Position numbers and translations under genes: made by a program. A stretch of 64,000 nucleotides of DNA from an uncultured Candidatus Saccharibacteria bacterium (GTDB lineage Bacteria > Patescibacteriota > Saccharimonadia > Saccharimonadales > Saccharimonadaceae). The DNA lies in NCBI GenBank assembly GCA_963517285.1, contig CAUQDN010000001.1:108205-172204 (forward strand), read 5' to 3'. Each line of letters starts with the position of its first letter. Position 1 is the first letter of the stretch. Below, in pieces: positions 18,397 to 27,098 of this stretch. Under the pieces are notes generated by a model that worked only from the letters and a program-made list of their open reading frames with translations, was not told the origin of the DNA and did no database searches.

Positions 18397-21300
18397 ATGG
18401 GGGTTGAAGTTTCATCTACACCAGTAACGGGGACTGCCTTAAAGACATCCCAGTACGTCCACTTACACAACCATACTCACCACAGTCTTCTCGATGGTCT
18501 CTCTAAGATTCCGAAGCTCATCGAAAAGGTTCAAGAAATGGGTATGGAAGCTGTGGCGATTACCGACCATGGTACGATGTCGGGCGTTCTTGATTTTTAT
18601 AAAGCGGCAAATTCCGCTGGCGTGAAGCCAATCTTAGGTATGGAAGCATATGTCGCTGCTCGTAGTCGCCACGACCGTGACCCACAAAAAGACAAAGCCC
18701 GATATCACTTAATCATCCTGGCGATGAATAACACAGGGTACCAAAACCTGATGAAGTTGAGTACAACCGCAAATCTTGAGGGTATGTACTATAAGCCGCG
18801 CATCGACCGTGAGCTCCTCGAAAAGTATAACGAAGGGCTGATCATTCTTTCTGGTTGTGCAAGTAGTGAACTGGGCGAGAATCTTCGTGTTGATAATTAT
18901 GAAGAGGCTAAAAACGTTGCGAAATGGTACAAAAGGGTCTTTGGTGATCGTTATTATCTTGAGCTTCAAGACCATGGTCACCCTGAATCAAAAACAGCGT
19001 GGGATGTTCAAATTAAAATCAACGGCTATCTCGAAAAGCTCTCTGAAGATCTCAATATCCCGGTGGTTGTAACGAGCGATGGTCACTATCTTTCACACGA
19101 CGACCAAGATACTCATGAAATTCTTCTTTGTGTTGGAACGGGTTCATACCTAAGCGATGAAAAACGTATGTCGCTTAAAGACTTCGAACTGCACGTGACT
19201 GACCCGGAAGAGATTATTGAGCGATGGGGTAAAACCCGACCTGACGCGGTTGCAAATACTAAAATAATTGCTGATCGCTGTAATGTTGAGATTGAACTTG
19301 GGAAGATCTTGATTCCAACCTTCCCAACTCCAGAAGGTCACAACGAAAAGACGTATCTCGACGAACTGGTCTTTCAAGGGCTTGCCTGGCGCTATGCTGG
19401 AGTTGAGTTTGAAAAAGCAGAGAAAATGACGATTGAAGAAGCTCGAAAGATTTTGCCTCAAGATGTTCTCGATCGTACTGATTATGAGCTTGGTGTCATT
19501 GACCGTATGGGCTTCAATGGGTACTTCTTGATTGTCCAAGATTTTATTAACTGGGGTAAAAACCAGGGGATTATTTTCGGACCCGGTCGTGGTAGTGCGG
19601 CCGGTTCAATCGTCTCCTATGCGATTCGTATTACCGAGCTCGATCCGCTTAAGTACGACCTGCTCTTTGAGCGTTTCTTGAACCCAGATCGTATTAGCAT
19701 GCCTGACGTTGATATTGACATCCAAGATACTCGCCGTAATGAGGTGATTCAGTACTGTACTGATAAATACGGAGCTGAACGTGTAGCGAATATCGTAACA
19801 TTCGGTACGATGGCTGCCCGTGCGGCGGTGCGTGACGTTGCTCGTGTGCTTCAAGTGCCATATGGTGAAAGCGACCGCCTTGCGAAGCTTGTACCGCAAC
19901 CGGTGCAGGGTCGTCACATTCCACTTGTTAAAAGCGTAGTTGAAGATGCTGATCTAAAACATGAGTATGAGACCAACCAGACCGCTAAAACCGTCTTTGA
20001 CTTTGCGATGCGTCTTGAAGGTACAATCCGAAGCCACGGTGTGCACGCCGCTGGTGTCGTGATTGCGCCGGATGAAATTGTGAAGTTTGTACCAATTGAA
20101 ATGTCTCAAAAAGGTGTGCCGGCAACACAATTCCCAATGGGTCAAGTTGAAGAGCTCGGCCTCCTTAAAATGGACTTCTTGGGGCTCTCTAACCTCACGA
20201 TTATTAATAATGCACTTCGTATTATTAAGAAAGTTCATAACAACGATATTGATCTCGCTAAGATTCCGCTCGACGACGAAGAGACATTTGCGCTCTTCCA
20301 ACGCGGTGATACCACTGGTGTGTTCCAGCTTGAATCTGCTGGTATGAAACGGTACCTTCGTGAACTGAAACCAACGGTGTTTGAAGATATTGTCGCGATG
20401 GTGGCTTTGTATCGTCCTGGTCCGATGCAGTTTATCGACGACTTCATTAAGCGCAAACATGGTGAAAAAGAAATTACCTACATGCACCCGAAGATGGAAA
20501 ACTCTCTAGAGAATACGTACGGAGTGCTCGTCTACCAGGAGCAGGTCATGCAGATTTCGCGTGAACTTTCCGGGTTTACCGGTGGTGAGGCCGATACCCT
20601 TCGTAAGGCGATCGGTAAGAAGAATATTGAAATGATGGGTAAGATGAAGACGAAGTTCGTTGATGGTGCAGTGGAGCTTTCTGGTGCCAAACGCAGCGAT
20701 ATGGAAGTGTTCTGGAAGCAGCTTGAAGACTTTGCCGCGTACTGTTTCAACAAGTCCCACGCCGCTTGTTACGGTTTGATCGCTTACTGGACGGCATATC
20801 TTAAAGCACACTACCCAGAAGCGTTTATGGCGGCACTGATGACGAGTGACGCCGATGACACCGAGCGGCTTGCAATTGAAATTACTGAGTGTAAGCACAT
20901 GGGTATTAAGGTGCTGTCTCCCGATGTGAACGAGTCATTCGTTGAGTTCGCGGTCGTACCTGGCAAGAAAGAGATTCGTTTTGGTATGGCGGCGGTGAAG
21001 GGTGTTGGTGTGGGCGTAGTTGAAGAGATCCTTCGCGCTCGTAAAGATGGGAAATTTGCTGGAATTGAAGATTTTGCTAAGCGTGTATCAACTCAAAAGG
21101 TAAACAAAAAGGCCTGGGATTCACTTATTAAAACCGGTGCCTTCGATAAAATGGCCGATCGTTCTGACTTGCTCTTCAATCTGGAAACAATCCAAGGCTT
21201 TGCATCGAAGATTCAAAAAGAAGCCTTAAGTGGCCAGACTGACTTGTTTGGCGGTATGTCGAATATGGCGACGATTCAGCCAACGATTGCACTGGCACCG

Positions 21301-22125
21301 TCACCGGTTAAGCATACTGATAAAGAACGCCTTACCTGGGAGCGTGAACTGCTGGGGCTTTATATTAGTGCCCATCCACTCGATAATTACGACGCTTACT
21401 TTAGCGAGCAAACCGTTCCAGTAGCTGAGATGACTCAAGATATCGATGGAAAATCATTAACAATTGGTGGGTTGGTGTCGGCGGTTCGAAGTATCGTGAC
21501 GAAAAGTGGCACAAAAATGGCCTTTGTAAAACTTGAGGATAAGACAGGTGAAGCTGAGGTAATTGTATTTCCTAATTTGTATGAGCAGGTAGGTGCAAAA
21601 CTCGTGCAAGATGCCGTTATTCGAGCAACTGGTAAGGTATCAGCGCGTGATCGTGACGGCAACCTTACGAGCGATGTAAAGCTGATTGCTGATGAGATTC
21701 AAGTCGTTGATGACGATGAACTCCGTACGTACGAATCAAACGGCCGAAAAATGGTGAAACCAAAAGGTGGACCACTCAAAGCGGTTCGAACGCCTCGTAA
21801 GTCAACCGGCAATTGGTCGGGAGGCAATGGCGGGGGTGCAAAAAGTGCCTCAGCAGCGACCTCGGTACCTCGTGAAATGGGTCCACCTCCTGTGGCCGAG
21901 GTACTTAAAAAAGTATTTGTACACGTTAAGAATCCCGACGATCAAGATGCACTGATGAAGATCCGTAATGAATGTAGTGCGTTCCCTGGACTTAGCGACA
22001 TGGTGCTCGTATTAGGCCCTGAAAAGCAATCGGCTATTAAAATGCCGTTTCGTGTTGATGGAAGTGATGAACTTGTTGGCCGGCTCGTTAAGATCTTAGG
22101 CGAAGACGCTGTTGCTCTAAAGTAA
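18397..22125 (+). CDS. dnaE: DNA polymerase III alpha subunit
   Basis: PHP (HLHNHT.HSLLDG), GPGRGSAAGS, MPDVDID, FNKSHA, OB fold. Confidence 0.97.
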   Translation: MGVEVSSTPVTGTALKTSQYVHLHNHTHHSLLDGLSKIPKLIEKVQEMGMEAVAITDHGTMSGVLDFYKAANSAGVKPILGMEAYVAARSRHDRDPQKDKARYHLIILAMNNTGYQNLMKLSTTANLEGMYYKPRIDRELLEKYNEGLIILSGCASSELGENLRVDNYEEAKNVAKWYKRVFGDRYYLELQDHGHPESKTAWDVQIKINGYLEKLSEDLNIPVVVTSDGHYLSHDDQDTHEILLCVGTGSYLSDEKRMSLKDFELHVTDPEEIIERWGKTRPDAVANTKIIADRCNVEIELGKILIPTFPTPEGHNEKTYLDELVFQGLAWRYAGVEFEKAEKMTIEEARKILPQDVLDRTDYELGVIDRMGFNGYFLIVQDFINWGKNQGIIFGPGRGSAAGSIVSYAIRITELDPLKYDLLFERFLNPDRISMPDVDIDIQDTRRNEVIQYCTDKYGAERVANIVTFGTMAARAAVRDVARVLQVPYGESDRLAKLVPQPVQGRHIPLVKSVVEDADLKHEYETNQTAKTVFDFAMRLEGTIRSHGVHAAGVVIAPDEIVKFVPIEMSQKGVPATQFPMGQVEELGLLKMDFLGLSNLTIINNALRIIKKVHNNDIDLAKIPLDDEETFALFQRGDTTGVFQLESAGMKRYLRELKPTVFEDIVAMVALYRPGPMQFIDDFIKRKHGEKEITYMHPKMENSLENTYGVLVYQEQVMQISRELSGFTGGEADTLRKAIGKKNIEMMGKMKTKFVDGAVELSGAKRSDMEVFWKQLEDFAAYCFNKSHAACYGLIAYWTAYLKAHYPEAFMAALMTSDADDTERLAIEITECKHMGIKVLSPDVNESFVEFAVVPGKKEIRFGMAAVKGVGVGVVEEILRARKDGKFAGIEDFAKRVSTQKVNKKAWDSLIKTGAFDKMADRSDLLFNLETIQGFASKIQKEALSGQTDLFGGMSNMATIQPTIALAPSPVKHTDKERLTWERELLGLYISAHPLDNYDAYFSEQTVPVAEMTQDIDGKSLTIGGLVSAVRSIVTKSGTKMAFVKLEDKTGEAEVIVFPNLYEQVGAKLVQDAVIRATGKVSARDRDGNLTSDVKLIADEIQVVDDDELRTYESNGRKMVKPKGGPLKAVRTPRKSTGNWSGGNGGGAKSASAATSVPREMGPPPVAEVLKKVFVHVKNPDDQDALMKIRNECSAFPGLSDMVLVLGPEKQSAIKMPFRVDGSDELVGRLVKILGEDAVALK

Positions 22126-22605
22126 ACTCAGTTGATAGAGCGCGATTCCAGTCGCAACTGAAACGTTAAACGACTCTTTTTTACCAACCATTGGGATCTC
22201 AATTATATCTTCGCATTGGATAAGCAGCTCTTCTGGGATGCCGTGGACTTCTTCGCCCAGTATAAGGGCGATCTTTTCGGGGGAGTGGTAGTCGGGGAGT
22301 TGTACGCTGGTTGCGGCTTGCTCAAGCCCAACAATGCGGAATCCATCACGTTTTAAGCCCGATACATCAGGAGTTTCTTGATATTCGAATGGAACAATTC
22401 CCTCCGCCCCGAGCGCCGTCTTATGAATTTGCGAGGTTAACTTCTGCGCAATATGAGGAAGGCGAGTGTCGGGTGTAGTAACGGGGTAAGGAGTGTAGCC
22501 GCTCAGTATAATTTTCTTTATTCCGAACCCTTCGGCGGTTCGAAAAATAGCCCCTACGTTATGAGTTGAACGAATGTTGTGGGCGATTACGATAATTTCG
22601 GGCAT
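22117..22605 (-). CDS. TrmH/SpoU-family RNA methyltransferase
   Basis: HNIRSTHNVGAIFRTA, LGEEVHGI, ESFNVSVA; start placed at ATG 22605. Confidence 0.9.
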   Translation of the reverse strand: MPEIIVIAHNIRSTHNVGAIFRTAEGFGIKKIILSGYTPYPVTTPDTRLPHIAQKLTSQIHKTALGAEGIVPFEYQETPDVSGLKRDGFRIVGLEQAATSVQLPDYHSPEKIALILGEEVHGIPEELLIQCEDIIEIPMVGKKESFNVSVATGIALYQLSLL

Positions 22606-22658
22606 ATGGGTAAGTATACCACTATAAAATGCTAACGTTTTTTGGTACGATAAGGCGT

Positions 22659-24281
22659 ATGAATGAAGACAGAGTCCAGCAGCAAGCTCGCGTAGCCGAT
22701 GAAGAGAGTACTCAGCGCCGAGCTGCCATCTTAGGACTCCCATATCTTGACCTACGCCCTCTTGAAAAAGAGCTGCCACTCGTAGACGATATTCTGACGA
22801 TCGATATGATGCATAAAAATCGTATTGTGCCACTTATGGGTGGAAGCGATTCGACGCCGTGGCAATTTGGTATTACCACTCAAACACCTCAATCGCTTTT
22901 AAAAGAATTAAGCGACCAATACACTGCTCGCGCCCAAAACACCACATTCTATCTTATTAGTCAGGGCGGCTACAGGGCGCTTATGGAGCGTTACGACCCA
23001 CCGGTAAAGCCAATCTATGACGATATCCGCATCGCCCACGAAGGTGATAGTGATACGATTAACCAGGTAAGTGAAACGCTTAATAGTGTAGGTAGTGACG
23101 AGGTCTTCAATTACATCATTACTCAGGCCGACAAGCTTGGCGCGAGCGACATCCACATTGAGAATCAGCGTAATGATATTAGAGTGCGTATGAGGATCGA
23201 TGGTGCGCTCCACCCGGTTGCCACACTCGACCAAGATCGTTACCGTGTGATTTTAAGTACGGTCGCTTCAAGGGCTAACCTTTCGACCGCTTCGAATGAG
23301 CCGCAATCTGGACATATGCAGCAGGAAATTGGTCAGGGTGATGATCGCCACATCCTGAATATGCGTATTGAGATGGTGCCAACCATGTATGGTCAAGATT
23401 CTGTAATTCGTTTGTTTAATTACGATGAATCAATGCTTAACCTCGACAGGCTTCATATTGGTGATGCCGAGCGTCAAGAGATTAACGAGGTCGTCAGCCA
23501 CCCTCGCGGGATGGTACTTATGGTGGGTCCAACCGGATCAGGTAAATCGACAACGCTCTATAGTATGATCAATGCACTTAATACGCCCGATCGTAAAATT
23601 ATCACCCTTGAAGACCCAATCGAATTTAGTGTTCCGGGTATTTCCCAGGTCCCAGTCGATACGACGGGCGGACAAAGTTTTGCTGATCACCTTCGTTCAG
23701 TCCTTCGTCTTGACCCTGATGTTGTGATGGTGGGTGAGGTGCGTGATGCTGATACTGCTAAGACGGCAATCCAGGCCTCTATTACAGGTCACCTCGTGCT
23801 TTCAACCTTCCACGCCACAGATACGGCAGCTGCATTTAGCCGTATGATCGACCTTATTGGTGTAAACCCAATTTTCAGTAGTGCAATTCGCCTGGTTATC
23901 GCACAGCGTCTGGTGCGTCGTCTCGATGACAATACCAAGCAAGCGTACGAACCAGATGAAGCGACAAAGCGCTGGATTCGTGATGTTCTTAAAGATTTGC
24001 CTGAACACGTTGAAAAACCGGACCTAGAAAACATTACGCTTTATCGGCCGGTTGTAAGCGAAAGCTCACCATTTGGTTATAGTGGCCGTACGGTTATTAT
24101 GGAACAACTGGTGGTAACTGAAGAAATTCAGAAGTTCTTACGTGGCGAAGTGGCCGACGTGCACGCCGAAGTGATTGCAAAAACCGCCCGACAGAATGGC
24201 ATGGTTACACTACTCGAACGCGGTGTGCTAGCTGCTTTGAACGGCGAAACTACTATTGAAGAGGTAAACAGGGTAATATAA
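22659..24281 (+). CDS. GspE/PilB-family type IV pilus assembly ATPase
   Basis: ASDIHIE, GPTGSGKST, TLEDPIE, LRLDPDVVMVGEVRD, TGHLVLSTFH. Confidence 0.93.
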   Translation: MNEDRVQQQARVADEESTQRRAAILGLPYLDLRPLEKELPLVDDILTIDMMHKNRIVPLMGGSDSTPWQFGITTQTPQSLLKELSDQYTARAQNTTFYLISQGGYRALMERYDPPVKPIYDDIRIAHEGDSDTINQVSETLNSVGSDEVFNYIITQADKLGASDIHIENQRNDIRVRMRIDGALHPVATLDQDRYRVILSTVASRANLSTASNEPQSGHMQQEIGQGDDRHILNMRIEMVPTMYGQDSVIRLFNYDESMLNLDRLHIGDAERQEINEVVSHPRGMVLMVGPTGSGKSTTLYSMINALNTPDRKIITLEDPIEFSVPGISQVPVDTTGGQSFADHLRSVLRLDPDVVMVGEVRDADTAKTAIQASITGHLVLSTFHATDTAAAFSRMIDLIGVNPIFSSAIRLVIAQRLVRRLDDNTKQAYEPDEATKRWIRDVLKDLPEHVEKPDLENITLYRPVVSESSPFGYSGRTVIMEQLVVTEEIQKFLRGEVADVHAEVIAKTARQNGMVTLLERGVLAALNGETTIEEVNRVI

Positions 24282-24285
24282 AAGA

Positions 24286-25371
24286 ATGAAGACACGCATT
24301 GGTATCTTATTCGGTGGGAAGTCGGCTGAACATGAGGTGTCGATTCAGTCTGCGGCGAACGTCGTCAATGCGCTCGATAAAGAGCAGTTTGAGCCGGTCC
24401 TTATCTTTATTGATCAAAGCGGGGTGTGGCACTACGTTCCAAGCATTGAATCTGTGCTCGCCTCTGAACACGAGACGTCGAGTGAAGCGGATGATCGTTT
24501 GATTATTTCACTTGGAAGCACTTCCGAGCCAGCCGATAGCAACAACGACATCTTGCAACGTGTTGACGTTATTTTTCCAGTCTTGCACGGACCAATGGGT
24601 GAAGACGGTAGCATTCAAGGTATGTTTGAGCTTCTCGGCGTACCGTATGTTGGATCGGGTATTCTGGGCTCGGCGGTCGGTATGGATAAAGAGGTGATGA
24701 AGCGACTCCTTAGGGATGCGAATATCTCTATTGCTCAATTTAAAGTAGTAACAAAGGATGATCTAGATACGCTGAATGAAGATGAAATTGTTGGTGAGCT
24801 TGGTTTACCGCTTTTTGTAAAGCCTGCCAATATGGGGTCATCAGTTGGGGTGAGTAAAGTCGATGAAGGTACCGGACTTACTGCGGCGGTACATGAGGCG
24901 CTTAAGTTTGATACGAAAGTTCTTATCGAAGAGGCAATAACCGGTAGTGAGATTGAGTGTGCCGTGCTTGGCAACACCCATCCAGAGGCCTCGGCGATTG
25001 GCCGGATCGCACCACGCCCAGGTGATTTTTATAGCTACGAGGCAAAATACATTGATGAAGACGGTGCGGTACTTGAAATCCCGGCTCAAATCTCTGAAGA
25101 AGCTCAAAGGAACGCTCAAGCTGTTGCACTAAAGACGTACAAGACACTTGGATGCGAGGGGATGACACGTGTTGATATGTTCCTTAGAGACGACGACTCT
25201 ATCGTGGTCAATGAAGTAAATACTATTCCTGGGTTTACTAAAATTAGTATGTATCCAAAGTTGTGGGATGTTTCAGGTTTGGGCTATACGGAGCTTATTA
25301 CGCGTCTGATTGAACTTGCAATCGAGCGGTTCGAGACTCGTCGACAGTTGCAAACTTCACGAAAAAGTTGA
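24286..25371 (+). CDS. ddl: D-alanine--D-alanine ligase
   Basis: FGGKSAEHEVS, HGPMGEDG, GSSVG, YSYEAKY, NEVNTIPG. Confidence 0.96.
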   Translation: MKTRIGILFGGKSAEHEVSIQSAANVVNALDKEQFEPVLIFIDQSGVWHYVPSIESVLASEHETSSEADDRLIISLGSTSEPADSNNDILQRVDVIFPVLHGPMGEDGSIQGMFELLGVPYVGSGILGSAVGMDKEVMKRLLRDANISIAQFKVVTKDDLDTLNEDEIVGELGLPLFVKPANMGSSVGVSKVDEGTGLTAAVHEALKFDTKVLIEEAITGSEIECAVLGNTHPEASAIGRIAPRPGDFYSYEAKYIDEDGAVLEIPAQISEEAQRNAQAVALKTYKTLGCEGMTRVDMFLRDDDSIVVNEVNTIPGFTKISMYPKLWDVSGLGYTELITRLIELAIERFETRRQLQTSRKS

Positions 25372-25452
25372 CATCTTATAAAAACATCCCTTTACCACTT
25401 CCAAAAACAGCCAAGAACTGTTATAATTAACGACTGATTGTACATAGTAATA

Positions 25453-25519
25453 ACCGAGGTCCGATAGTTGGAGCCGCAGTCGTACACCTGCGTGGCTAAC
25501 TCTCTAAAGACATTTCGGT
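25453..25519 (+). promoter_or_regulatory. Candidate structured 5' leader of rplS
   Basis: Nested stems ACCGAG/TTCGGT, AGTT/AACT, AGCC/GGCT, GCAG/CTGC downstream of TGtTATAAT (-10 at 25422-25427). Confidence 0.5.
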
Positions 25520-25539
25520 AAAACATGAGGTTTAATAAA

Positions 25540-26064
25540 ATGAGTTTTGCACTAATTCAAAAAGTGAACGACGAACAGCGTAAGGCTGCTGTTGTTGATG
25601 TGAAGAGTGGTGACACGGTTCGTGTTCACCAGAAAATTAAAGAAGGTAACAAAGAGCGTATTCAGGTATTCGAAGGTGTGGTAATCCGCGTTGACCGTGC
25701 TAAGTCACACACTGCTCGTATTACTGTTCGTAAGATTGCTAGTGGTGTTGGTGTTGAGAAGAGTTTCCTTCTTCATAGCCCACTTGTAGAAAAGATCGAG
25801 ATTACTCGTCGTTCTAAGGTTCGTCGTAACTACCTCTCATTCCTTCGTAACCGAAGCGGTAAGAGCGCTCGTCTTAAGGGTGTTAACTTCGACCGTGAAG
25901 GTGTGAATAACGTTCACGATGCACACGCAGAAGCTGAAGAAGCTCGTCTTAAAGAAGAGGCTAAGGCTGCTGCCGAGGCTAAGGCTGCTGAAAAGGCTGC
26001 CGAAGAAGCTGACCTTGCTGCTAAGCAAGCTGAAGTTGAAGCTCGTCACTCAGAAGACAAGTAG
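25540..26064 (+). CDS. rplS: 50S ribosomal protein L19 with Ala/Glu/Lys-rich C-terminal extension
   Basis: GDTVRVH.KIKEGNKERIQVFEGVVI, TVRKIASGVGVEK. Confidence 0.96.
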   Translation: MSFALIQKVNDEQRKAAVVDVKSGDTVRVHQKIKEGNKERIQVFEGVVIRVDRAKSHTARITVRKIASGVGVEKSFLLHSPLVEKIEITRRSKVRRNYLSFLRNRSGKSARLKGVNFDREGVNNVHDAHAEAEEARLKEEAKAAAEAKAAEKAAEEADLAAKQAEVEARHSEDK

Positions 26065-26084
26065 TATTCTGCTTTATTCTCTTG

Positions 26085-26110
26085 AACCTCGCACACGTTG
26101 CGAGGTTTTC
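26085..26110 (+). terminator. Intrinsic terminator after rplS
   Basis: AACCTCGCA-cacgt-TGCGAGGTT followed by T-rich tract. Confidence 0.7.
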
Positions 26111-26159
26111 GTTTGTTAAATTAATCGTCTGTTTATAATTACCCTTTATACTGATATAT

Positions 26160-27098
26160 ATGATTTTGGGAATTGATGAAGTCGGGCGTGGTCCATGGGC
26201 AGGGCCGTTGGTCGTTGGGGCGGTGGTACTGCCTGAACAACACACCTTAGAAGGCCTGACTGATAGTAAGAAACTTTCAGCCAAGAAGCGTGCCGAACTC
26301 GATATGGCTATCCGCGAACAGGCTGTTGGGTGGGGGTTAGGGTGGGTGCATGCTGAAGAACTCGATACTCTAGGGTTATCAGCGGCTTTGAGGCTCGCCA
26401 CGATTCGTGCGGTCGAAGCAGTCAATGTGCCATATCATGAAATTATTATTGACGGTACGATCAATTTCTTAAAGGAAACAACGAAAGGTCGGTACGTTAA
26501 AACTATGCCAAAGGCAGACTTATTAGTTCCGGCGGTGTCGGCGGCTTCCATCATAGCTAAGGTTGCTCGAGACACATACATGCAAAAACAAGACGAGCTG
26601 TTTCCTGGGTATGGGTTTGGGGCTCATGTTGGCTATGGCACTGCTAAGCATCAGCAAGCTTTACTTGAGAAGGGTGTTACACGTCTTCATCGTAAATCGT
26701 TTGCGCCAATCGCTAAATTATTAAATCAGTCTCAAACTGTTCCCAAGGTGCTAACTCGGCAGGGCGCCACAAAAGAGATGGGTGATAACGCAGAGACACT
26801 TGTTGCGAATTGGTTGGTAAGTCGGGGGTATGAAATTCTTGAAAGAAACTGGAAAACGAAATGGTGCGAAATAGATATAATCGCTATTAAACAGGCAGTG
26901 CGTTATTACGTAGAAGTAAAGTACCGCTCATCTTCAAGTCATGGCGGTGGAGTTGCGGCAATCACAGCTAAAAAACTTCAACAAATGAAGTTTGCAGCTG
27001 AACTGTATGAAGGTCGGTATCCATCAACGGGTGATATTATAATCGCCGCCGTGACAGTTGATGCTAAACAAAATATTGAACTAATCGAGGTTACGTAG
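26160..27098 (+). CDS. rnhB: RNase HII fused to a C-terminal YraN (UPF0102) nuclease-like domain
   Basis: GIDEVGRG, DSKKL, AASIIAKVARD, HRKSF; then G...E..A...L...GY.ILERNW...EIDII...VEVKYR. Confidence 0.92.
   Translation: MILGIDEVGRGPWAGPLVVGAVVLPEQHTLEGLTDSKKLSAKKRAELDMAIREQAVGWGLGWVHAEELDTLGLSAALRLATIRAVEAVNVPYHEIIIDGTINFLKETTKGRYVKTMPKADLLVPAVSAASIIAKVARDTYMQKQDELFPGYGFGAHVGYGTAKHQQALLEKGVTRLHRKSFAPIAKLLNQSQTVPKVLTRQGATKEMGDNAETLVANWLVSRGYEILERNWKTKWCEIDIIAIKQAVRYYVEVKYRSSSSHGGGVAAITAKKLQQMKFAAELYEGRYPSTGDIIIAAVTVDAKQNIELIEVT

Noticed and set aside
22606..22833. N-terminal extension of the TrmH ORF in the track
   Set aside because: Overlaps the divergent PilB ATPase gene; the family domain begins at ATG 22605, which has its own -10 box.
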